The notes under the pieces were generated by a model that saw only the letters and a list, made by a program, of their open reading frames with translations, was not told the origin of the DNA and did no database searches. The position numbers and the translations under genes are program-made. Positions 25,939 through 33,276 of a stretch of 33,276 bases of DNA are shown piece after piece (within the stretch, counting starts at the first letter, position 1; each line of letters opens with the position of its first letter). Location: positions 1 through 33,276 of the IMG/VR virus record IMGVR_UViG_3300026187_001902; one strand, given 5' to 3'. Source of the stretch: a virus. Lineage: Duplodnaviria > Caudoviricetes.

Positions 25939-26342
25939 TTTCCCCACTTTCCGTTCTGAACGATTTGGGCAATGATACCATATACTGAGAGGTCAGCGTA
26001 AGTATCTTGTATTGATTCACCAACTTCATCTGGCTGCCCTAATACTACCAATTGCTTCAATCTTTGAATTTTATCATTCATTCTGAACCAAAGACCTGTA
26101 AGTGAAATCTTAATCTCATCTTTAGTTTTTAAATCAGTACCAACTGAGATATTATCTGGTCCATAGTTTCGTTGTTTCTTACAAAAGGTTTCATATTGTT
26201 CCCACATAATCCTTTTGTACTCTTCCATCATTTCAGGATAATTTTGTTCACAAAAATCAACTGCGGATTGTTCTTTGTTAGTACTCATTGTACGTTCACC
26301 TCTATGAACTACTTTTGTTTTAGTTTCTCTTATATTATCCAT
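25935..26342 (-). CDS. Nucleotide modification-associated domain 1 (Nmad1/DUF1599) protein
   Basis: FCKKQRNYG..NI, RMNDKIQRL, ESIQDTYADLSVYGII. Confidence 0.8.
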   Translation of the reverse strand: MDNIRETKTKVVHRGERTMSTNKEQSAVDFCEQNYPEMMEEYKRIMWEQYETFCKKQRNYGPDNISVGTDLKTKDEIKISLTGLWFRMNDKIQRLKQLVVLGQPDEVGESIQDTYADLSVYGIIAQIVQNGKWGK

Positions 26343-26607
26343 TTAATTGTTGTTTGGTATCTTTTTTAGGTTCGGTTACTTCTGATGGCTGTTGTTGTGG
26401 TTGTTGTGTAAAGTATCTTTCCAACGTAATCAACCTATCATCCGCATCTACTAACATTCTTAATGCTTCTTCTGCATTCTCATAAAAATCACCAGTTGAA
26501 TGGTCACCAATACCAACTGCTTTACCTTCTAATAACTCCAATGTAAGGAGTGCCTTTGCTTTATCAGCGATTGCTGATGTTCTTAGCATATCTAATAATC
26601 TACTCAT
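26335..26607 (-). CDS. Hypothetical phage protein
   Basis: Helical protein with AVGIGDHS and LVDADDRL; overlaps both neighbours. Confidence 0.8.
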   Translation of the reverse strand: MSRLLDMLRTSAIADKAKALLTLELLEGKAVGIGDHSTGDFYENAEEALRMLVDADDRLITLERYFTQQPQQQPSEVTEPKKDTKQQLNG

Positions 26608-27056
26608 TTTAATAACTTTTTTGCTTCTTTTTCTGTTAAACCATACTTCTTTAAAATATTAATTACCTCATCCTTTGGAAGTAAATCTAAATAATCACTA
26701 ACTTCTCTCTGAGATACACCATACCACTTTGATAAGTACTCTAAGAGTTCTTTGTTATACTTTCCTTCTTTCTTACCTTTAATGTATTTATCAAATGTTT
26801 TCTGCTTTGGTAAGAAATCTAAATACAACTTATAAACTTCTTTGGGTGATAATAACCCAATAGTATATTTCTGAAGAATATTAACGATTGGTAGTAAATC
26901 CAAGTTCATACTCAACCACCTATTGATGATAAAAGGAGTAAAGGATTTCTTATCCATCTCAGATAGAGATTCCCAAGATTCCTTCTTCTCCTTTATACCA
27001 CTCAGATGTTGGAATATTGTTTTTGCTTTTACCGATGTATCACTCTTCTTAGCCAT
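26604..27056 (-). CDS. Clamp-loader small subunit (T4 gp62-like)
   Basis: FTPFIINRWLSM, YLDFLPKQK..KYIK, LSKWYGVSQREV..YL; lies downstream of the clamp-loader ATPase. Confidence 0.75.
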   Translation of the reverse strand: MAKKSDTSVKAKTIFQHLSGIKEKKESWESLSEMDKKSFTPFIINRWLSMNLDLLPIVNILQKYTIGLLSPKEVYKLYLDFLPKQKTFDKYIKGKKEGKYNKELLEYLSKWYGVSQREVSDYLDLLPKDEVINILKKYGLTEKEAKKLLK

Positions 27057-27316
27057 TAAGGTAACAACTCTTTAGGTAAGAATTTCTCTGATACATTTCC
27101 ACATTCTGCACATCTAACAACAGGAATCGGTAACATTGATTTCTGTCCGTTTGGTGATTGAACTGCTGGAACTTCTTTAAACATTGTAACCTCTTCGAAG
27201 AAGATACCTTCACAATTTTCACAACTTACGGTATCCAACTTAGTTGGGTCGATGTTCAATTGTGGTGCCTGTTGTTGTGGATTCATACCAACAACTTTTC
27301 CTTTTCCTTTTGCCAT
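27056..27316 (-). CDS. Small zinc-ribbon protein
   Basis: Two CxxC pairs: CENC and CAEC. Confidence 0.8.
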   Translation of the reverse strand: MAKGKGKVVGMNPQQQAPQLNIDPTKLDTVSCENCEGIFFEEVTMFKEVPAVQSPNGQKSMLPIPVVRCAECGNVSEKFLPKELLP

Positions 27317-27319
27317 AAC

Positions 27320-28249
27320 TTATCCTTTTATATCAATTAAAATTTGTAACATCATTGCCATCACATTGATTTCTTTATCAACTACTGATGCGTCTTGGTA
27401 TTGTGCCTCTGCAATCTTTAAGATAATATTACCAGCTTTACCACTTGCGTATTCATCAACATTATCATATAGGAATCGATAGAATGGTGTAAAATCTTTT
27501 ACCTTCGAATCTGCTATAATCTGTCTAACATTTCTGAATGTATCTTTAAGGTTATCATTAGATTTCAGTACGGTTAGAACTTCATCCATATAATTTGCCT
27601 GAATAGTAGATGCTTTATCAATCTCCAAAACACCACCAATAACCTGTCTTTGAGCTGCGTTTAGAACTCTACGAATATCAGGATATCCACTATTAACCAA
27701 TACTGCCAAATCCGGCATTTCATACTGAACACCCTCACCATCTAAGATATCTTTTAATCTCATAGCCACTTCTTTCTTAGATGGTGGTGTAATCCCAAAT
27801 GTTTGACATCTACTCTGAATCGGGTCGATGATTTTCTCTACATAGTTACAGGTCAAAATAAACCTTGTAGTTTTAGAGAATGTTTCCATTAGGTTACGGA
27901 GTGCTGCTTGTGCGTTTGGTGTAAGATAATCTGATTCATCTAAGATAATAACCTTCCATTTACGGAAACCCATTGAAGATGCAAACCCTCTAATCTTATC
28001 CCTAACAGTATCAACATTGTTTTCATCTGATGCGTTTATATACATCACATCACAATCAATCTGATTTGTAATGATTTTAGCCAATGTGGTTTTACCAGTA
28101 CCAGCTTGTCCATATAGAAGTAAGTGAGGTACATCCTCATTCTCTATATAGATTCTTACTTTTTGTAAGATATGTTCATTACCAACATACCCTTCCAATG
28201 TATCGGGTCTATATTTCTCAACCCATAAACTATTTTCGTTATTATTCAT
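27320..28249 (-). CDS. Clamp-loader AAA+ ATPase (RFC small subunit / T4 gp44-like)
   Basis: LWVEKYRP, Walker A GQAGTGKTT, NASD, Walker B ILDESD, AQAALR, SRC. Confidence 0.95.
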   Translation of the reverse strand: MNNNENSLWVEKYRPDTLEGYVGNEHILQKVRIYIENEDVPHLLLYGQAGTGKTTLAKIITNQIDCDVMYINASDENNVDTVRDKIRGFASSMGFRKWKVIILDESDYLTPNAQAALRNLMETFSKTTRFILTCNYVEKIIDPIQSRCQTFGITPPSKKEVAMRLKDILDGEGVQYEMPDLAVLVNSGYPDIRRVLNAAQRQVIGGVLEIDKASTIQANYMDEVLTVLKSNDNLKDTFRNVRQIIADSKVKDFTPFYRFLYDNVDEYASGKAGNIILKIAEAQYQDASVVDKEINVMAMMLQILIDIKG

Positions 28250-29466
28250 TATCTACCAACTTCTTTTAAGTACGTTTCTTTCATTTTATCCCAACTCATA
28301 CCAATCGCATCGATATAGAACAAATTCTCAGGTTTAATTCTACCTTCAGAATGTAGTTTGGTGTATCGATTGATTGCTTTCTTCTTCCACCACTTACTAA
28401 TGTAATCTACACCATCTACGAACTTTTGTTTCATCTTCAATTCATCTTCTCCGATTTCATCTCTTAGAAACTCAGGCCCGTTCTCATACATCATAGCAAG
28501 ATATACACCCCTCTTAAAACCATGATGGTATGTGGATTGTTTGATACCACATTCTTTGAAAATCTGCCCCAATATCTTTTGTTTGATACCACTTACAGGC
28601 CCACTAGCACCTTCACCAGTTCCCATATTCTGCCCGTTTCGGATTCGTTCGTTAGTGATAGCTTCTTGATACCACTCTGAACGATTTTCTTTTAACCATT
28701 GGTGCCACGGGTCGTAGAACTTATCATCAGGTTTGATAGAAATCTTTCCTGCTGATTCACCCAGTGTTTTGAAATGAGGTATTCCATTGTATTGAGAGTG
28801 GATTCCATATAAAGATGTAGTACCAACTGCTATAAGAGTTTGTCCATACTTCTCTTTCCAAAACTCTCTTACCTCAGGCACCGTAGTCATCATAGCAATT
28901 AACTTACCACCTAAAAAGTTATATCCTAATGGTTGGGTACATACAATTGTTGATGCGATTGTAGTATGATTGAGTTTTCCTTTTTTGAACTTATCATCCT
29001 TAGTCCACCCAATGTAGTTATCTCTAACTGCCATTGATGTAACATCTGATGCCAATGATATTTGACCTAAGAGTTTACCACTCTTTCTATCTTTTACATT
29101 GATTTTAACATTACGACCAGGATTAGCAACAAAGGACATTGTATGAATCATTTTTCGGATATGAGTCCACTTACCAGCCTCTTTGGTATCCTCTAATATT
29201 TCAACATAAGGTTCTAACTCTTCAATCTCTTTGATAGTTTGTTCCAAATTATTAATATCAGTAGGAGCCCATTGGATATCGTACATAGATGCAATCTGAG
29301 ATTTATCTCTAATCATAGATGGTTCTTGTAATTCTACCCACTTCTTATATAAAGTCTGCTCTTCAACACTCATAGAAGAAAGATAATCCATATTTTCGAT
29401 TAACAATCTTTTTTGTGTTTCGAATTCAAACTCCGGCTTTGCTGGCTCTGTATCCCAAAAATTCAT
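28249..29466 (-). CDS. DUF4338 / Druantia DruA-like protein
   Basis: PGRN, LGQISLASD...RDNYIGW, QPLGYNFLGGKLIA, TTSLYG..SQYN, LGESAG. Confidence 0.7.
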   Translation of the reverse strand: MNFWDTEPAKPEFEFETQKRLLIENMDYLSSMSVEEQTLYKKWVELQEPSMIRDKSQIASMYDIQWAPTDINNLEQTIKEIEELEPYVEILEDTKEAGKWTHIRKMIHTMSFVANPGRNVKINVKDRKSGKLLGQISLASDVTSMAVRDNYIGWTKDDKFKKGKLNHTTIASTIVCTQPLGYNFLGGKLIAMMTTVPEVREFWKEKYGQTLIAVGTTSLYGIHSQYNGIPHFKTLGESAGKISIKPDDKFYDPWHQWLKENRSEWYQEAITNERIRNGQNMGTGEGASGPVSGIKQKILGQIFKECGIKQSTYHHGFKRGVYLAMMYENGPEFLRDEIGEDELKMKQKFVDGVDYISKWWKKKAINRYTKLHSEGRIKPENLFYIDAIGMSWDKMKETYLKEVGR

Positions 29467-29475
29467 ATAATATTC

Positions 29476-30171
29476 TTATTTAATCTCTACGAGATAGTAG
29501 TTACTTTTTAATGAATCGTTTTCAAAAGAAATATGTGATAACCCCTGAGATGAGATTTTTAATGTTGCTGATTTAGAACCTCTGTTTGCGTTCAAAATCT
29601 CTTTCAAATACTTAGCTGAGAATGAGATTGGTTGGATATCACCATCACACTTACAATCTACTGAAATAGAGATTCTGTTTGTGTTGATTGTTGAGTACCC
29701 TAATACAACTTCACCCTTACCACCAATACAACTAAATGTAAATGTATCAGATTCACTAAGTGCTCCTTTAGATTTGATGAACTTAGATGTAAAATCATCA
29801 TTCAATGTGATTTCTGCATTAAATGGTGGCATCTGCTTCAAATCAGGAACAACTGGGATAACTGAAAGGTCAGCCAGCATATAGTTTACTGATGTACCTT
29901 TATCTGAAAACTTAATATAAGATTCAGTTGATTCAACATCAACAGTTGATTCTAAAACACCTAATAGTGCTTTCAGTTGTGATGTGGTATAAATACCAAA
30001 TTCACCATTTGGAAACTCACCTTCTTCTGAGGTTACATCTCCTAACAAAGTCTTATCATCTGAGATAAAACTTACTTTCATTTGAGAATCAGTTGATTCA
30101 ATCTTTACCGATTCTACTTCACCACCGAGATTGTATCGATTGATGAAACTCTCAATACTACTTTTCTTCAT
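29476..30171 (-). CDS. DNA sliding clamp (T4 gp45/PCNA-like)
   Basis: 231 aa, beta-rich. FGIYTTSQLKALL, LADLSVI, ISSQGLSHISF..SNYYLV. Lies between the polymerase and the clamp loader. Confidence 0.85.
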   Translation of the reverse strand: MKKSSIESFINRYNLGGEVESVKIESTDSQMKVSFISDDKTLLGDVTSEEGEFPNGEFGIYTTSQLKALLGVLESTVDVESTESYIKFSDKGTSVNYMLADLSVIPVVPDLKQMPPFNAEITLNDDFTSKFIKSKGALSESDTFTFSCIGGKGEVVLGYSTINTNRISISVDCKCDGDIQPISFSAKYLKEILNANRGSKSATLKISSQGLSHISFENDSLKSNYYLVEIK

Positions 30172-30202
30172 ACTTTTAAATTATTATTGTTTACTTATGA
30201 TA

Positions 30203-30234
30203 CAAATATACAAAAACTTTTTGAATTATCCAAA
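30203..30234 (-). promoter_or_regulatory. Bacteroidota sigma70-type promoter (TTTG-N20-TATATTTG)
   Basis: Exact consensus in the polymerase-clamp intergenic gap. Confidence 0.8.
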
Positions 30235-32751
30235 TTAAAATCCAAAAAACTTTGATGCTGCTGCCATATTAGGATTTGGTTTATCCCAATCCATTGCTTT
30301 GTAGAAATCATCTAACTTATTTTCTAACTCTTTTTTCCAAATCAAATCATAATCGATGTGTTGTTCTACCAAATCTAATATTTCTTTTGGGTCATTATAC
30401 CCAGTCAATCCAACGGATTGTAATCCTAATGGATTATTTTTTAAATACACCCACTTAATCTTATCACCATCTTTCATTGGTTCATATTTGTAAGGTGCAT
30501 TATAATACTTTAGTAATTGGTTATATGTAAGTGCTGCCTTAACGTGAGCGGGTGTTCCCTTCATAAACTCACCAATCGCCTGATTCTTAAACTGATACTT
30601 ACTCATATCCTTAACTGCTGAGTTCTTAGCGATATCAATGAAGTTTGTTGTTTTCATCTCATCCTTCTTTCTAAGAATGTAATCATCAATCTTACCCTTA
30701 TCCTCATCTTTAAGAATATCCATCAATACAGTACTCATCACTTCTTTGAAGTAAGTTGGGAATGATGAACGTTTAACATCCAATCCTTTGACATCTAACT
30801 TATCACAATCAACAGTATTATCATTGATAATCCATTGAGCGTATCTTTTCTTTGATACCCAAAACCCACCCTTAGCAATCGTTTCCTGCTTAATATCAAA
30901 TCGGTGATTACTCACATTGAACAACTTTTTAGACATTACATCATATACAGTGTTAATATGTTGTTCAACTTCTTGTGCTACTGATAGAATTGCAGGAATC
31001 ATTTGTTCATCTGAGGTTACATCAATCTCAGGATTACGAGCTTTTACCAATGGTGCTGCCTGATAGAATACAGAATCGGTATCAGTATACACATTGTAAT
31101 CTGCTTCTTCACCAATGTTCTTTATGTAATATTGGTTAGCAATCATCTCAGTTGTTTTAATTACAGTCTGACCTGTAAGAGTAACTGCTTCTGCGTTATC
31201 AACATCATAGAATCTAAATGCTGGTAACCCTAATACACCATATAGTGAGTTCAACATAATCTTTTGAACTAATTGGCGCTGAGAATAGAATTTGTATAGT
31301 TTATCATTTCCGGCTTTACCATACTTTTTCATCTCATTTTTATACTCCACTCTCTTATCGAACCATACGTTAAGAATCTCAGGAATTACACCAACTTTCT
31401 CTTGTGTATATAATACACCATTTGATGCAACTGATAAATTCATCTTTTCAATAAAGTCCATAAATTTATCTTTATCCATAGGTGGGTATTCTTTACCCTT
31501 ATCATCTACAATACCATAACTATCAATTGTAGATTTCATATGAGATTCAGCACTATAACCCTTTACCTTACCAATCTTAGTTTCAGGTGAGATGTTGATG
31601 GTCATAATGATAGATGGGTATAGTGATGTTAAATCCAAATCATATACCCATTTGTAAAGACCAGGTTTTGGTTCTTTAACATAAGCGCCTGTAAACTTTT
31701 CTTCTCCATCCGAACCATCTTCGTTCTTATTTCTTCGTAAAGGTCTATCAGGCGCAACCCTTCCACTTCTTCGTAGGAATGTAAGAATCGCACCTTCTAA
31801 CCACTTTGATGAGAATAGGAAATCTTCATAGAATACGTGTCCAGCGTGGCATATTGCCCTAGCTAAATCAATAAACTGAAGTTTCTTATCCATATCAACA
31901 ACCAACTCAACATCCACTAAGTTATACTCAATGAACTTCTCTAAATCATCTCTGAACAATTGGTCTAAGTTTCCATCGTATTCTATCTTACCTCTACCCA
32001 ATTCCAACTGAGCGATTGTATCCAATCGATAATTTGGATATTCAGTATATGTAAAGTTTTTAAATAATGCAATGTAATCTAATGCTGATACACCAGCTAT
32101 GATATAACGTTGTCTGTATTTATTCCAATGAACTTTTTTGATTGGTGATAATCTATTTGCCGTTGATGTACCAAACAATCTCTTTAATCGGTTGTAAAGA
32201 TAGGTAACATCAAAGAAATCGATATTCCACCCCGTAATGATAGTTGGTGAAATCTCTTCCCAACTATTTACAAATGCCATCAACATATCCTCTTCAGAAC
32301 GGAATGAACGAACCTTTGCTCCTTTGATAGTTTTGTTTATCTCTTCACCATCATTTACAACATATACAAAGTAATCATTTGTTGCTGAATCGTGGAATGC
32401 AACTGATGTCATTGCATTCTTTGCTTCGTTGGTATCTGGCAGACCTGAATTCATTTCTACCTCAATATCAAAGGTCATTACAACATGCCCATCTGATACT
32501 TCATCTGAATCACCATACTCATCAATTAAGAAACGAGTAATCTCATTCACATCTGATTCATAAAGTTTTAGATTATCTTCTTTCTTCCAAAAGTTGATTT
32601 TCTTTAACCTCTCACCATATATTGATTCATAAGAACCATTACCATCTTTTACATAAGCATAGTTTCTATACTTCTTTGTAAAGTAACCTTTCTTATCATC
32701 CCAACAATGAACGATTCCACCTTCTTTTTCCCAATATACATTTTGATACAT
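30235..32751 (-). CDS. polB: Family B DNA polymerase (T4 gp43-like)
   Basis: Exonuclease motifs FDIEV, GWNIDFFD, YNLVDV. Polymerase motifs DLTSLYPS, KIMLNSLYG, YTDTDS, KKRY, KGL. Confidence 0.97.
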   Translation of the reverse strand: MYQNVYWEKEGGIVHCWDDKKGYFTKKYRNYAYVKDGNGSYESIYGERLKKINFWKKEDNLKLYESDVNEITRFLIDEYGDSDEVSDGHVVMTFDIEVEMNSGLPDTNEAKNAMTSVAFHDSATNDYFVYVVNDGEEINKTIKGAKVRSFRSEEDMLMAFVNSWEEISPTIITGWNIDFFDVTYLYNRLKRLFGTSTANRLSPIKKVHWNKYRQRYIIAGVSALDYIALFKNFTYTEYPNYRLDTIAQLELGRGKIEYDGNLDQLFRDDLEKFIEYNLVDVELVVDMDKKLQFIDLARAICHAGHVFYEDFLFSSKWLEGAILTFLRRSGRVAPDRPLRRNKNEDGSDGEEKFTGAYVKEPKPGLYKWVYDLDLTSLYPSIIMTINISPETKIGKVKGYSAESHMKSTIDSYGIVDDKGKEYPPMDKDKFMDFIEKMNLSVASNGVLYTQEKVGVIPEILNVWFDKRVEYKNEMKKYGKAGNDKLYKFYSQRQLVQKIMLNSLYGVLGLPAFRFYDVDNAEAVTLTGQTVIKTTEMIANQYYIKNIGEEADYNVYTDTDSVFYQAAPLVKARNPEIDVTSDEQMIPAILSVAQEVEQHINTVYDVMSKKLFNVSNHRFDIKQETIAKGGFWVSKKRYAQWIINDNTVDCDKLDVKGLDVKRSSFPTYFKEVMSTVLMDILKDEDKGKIDDYILRKKDEMKTTNFIDIAKNSAVKDMSKYQFKNQAIGEFMKGTPAHVKAALTYNQLLKYYNAPYKYEPMKDGDKIKWVYLKNNPLGLQSVGLTGYNDPKEILDLVEQHIDYDLIWKKELENKLDDFYKAMDWDKPNPNMAAASKFFGF

Positions 32752-32754
32752 ATG

Positions 32755-33276
32755 TTAAATATACAACTTTTTATGTAGTTCTCCAAGCATTTTACTCTCA
32801 TTTTTTGAAAGTTCTCTTGCTCTCTCTACTGATTTTATTTCTTCTTCTATTCTGAATGAATCATCATCTAATATTTTATCCAAATACTCAAAGAACTCCT
32901 TCTTATATTTGAAGAACATTCCATTTGGGTCTATTTCGTGGTAACAATCAGATTCTTGCCAAATCATAGGAGTTCCGTTCATCATACAATCAGTACCACT
33001 AACACTCCAACCATAATTGGTTTGCCTCATCTGAACACCTACTTTACATCTTTGTAATCTTTGGTAGTATTCATGCTTTGGTACTTTGTGATTATCAATC
33101 CAACCATATGGTGGTTTTCCACTTAATTGTGGAATCCATACTTTAAAATCATCCCTACGTTCTCTATACTCAGCCATCAACTCAATAAACTTAGGATACC
33201 CTTTGTATGCTGCTGCTCGATGGTTGAATACTATGATGTTCTCTTTATCTGATTTTGGTTCTGATATAATTTTGGA
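32755..33276 (-). CDS. GT-B glycosyltransferase, C-terminal part (5' end beyond the window)
   Basis: The frame is open to the window edge (SKIISEPKSDKENIIVFNHRAAAYKGYPKF...). Donor-binding-like YGWSVSGTDCMMNGTP. Confidence 0.7.
   Translation of the reverse strand, partial: SKIISEPKSDKENIIVFNHRAAAYKGYPKFIELMAEYRERRDDFKVWIPQLSGKPPYGWIDNHKVPKHEYYQRLQRCKVGVQMRQTNYGWSVSGTDCMMNGTPMIWQESDCYHEIDPNGMFFKYKKEFFEYLDKILDDDSFRIEEEIKSVERARELSKNESKMLGELHKKLYI
32756..32787 (-). promoter_or_regulatory. Promoter variant (CTTG-N20-TATATTTA) inside the 3' end of the GT gene
   Basis: 20-bp spacer. Polymerase ATG follows 4 nt after the -7 box. Confidence 0.6.

Noticed and set aside
28249-29466. Complete Druantia defence system
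   Set aside because: No DruE helicase or DruB-D genes; the context is a phage replication operon.
69-31519. All plus-strand ORFs in the track
   Set aside because: They are antisense shadows of minus-strand genes with clear motifs and show no recognisable domains of their own.
26604-32751. Archaeal or eukaryotic-virus origin suggested by RFC-like loader and PolB
   Set aside because: Peptidoglycan amidase, holin, GH73, gp62-like subunit and Bacteroidota promoters indicate a bacteriophage.
30235-32751. Intein or intron in the DNA polymerase
   Set aside because: Continuous 838-aa ORF with normally spaced motifs; no splice-junction or homing-endonuclease signatures seen.
1-33276. Stop-codon reassignment, as in some Bacteroidota phages
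   Set aside because: Genes are full length and tightly packed under code 11, and TAA, TGA and TAG all end genes.

Overview
AT-rich, densely packed window in which every credible gene lies on the minus strand. It reads as part of a large T4-like/jumbo dsDNA phage genome. Seven TTTG-N19/20-TAnnTTTG-type promoters point to a Bacteroidota host (inference). In transcription order (right to left): (1) a replication module with a partial GT-B glycosyltransferase, family B DNA polymerase, sliding clamp, a DUF4338/DruA-like protein, two clamp-loader subunits, Nmad1/DUF1599, an Fe-S PD-(D/E)XK nuclease, a GH73 glucosaminidase and a SLOG protein; (2) an ~18 kb, 18-gene glycan/nucleotide-sugar island; (3) small genes, then a lysis cassette (PG-binding amidase, an unannotated 38-aa cationic peptide, holin) running without a gap into a DUF2892 membrane protein, a PAS histidine kinase, a stand-alone receiver and two coiled-coil membrane proteins. 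The lysis cassette joined to a two-component system is the best candidate for an undescribed system. All family calls are motif recognition by eye; no searches were run.
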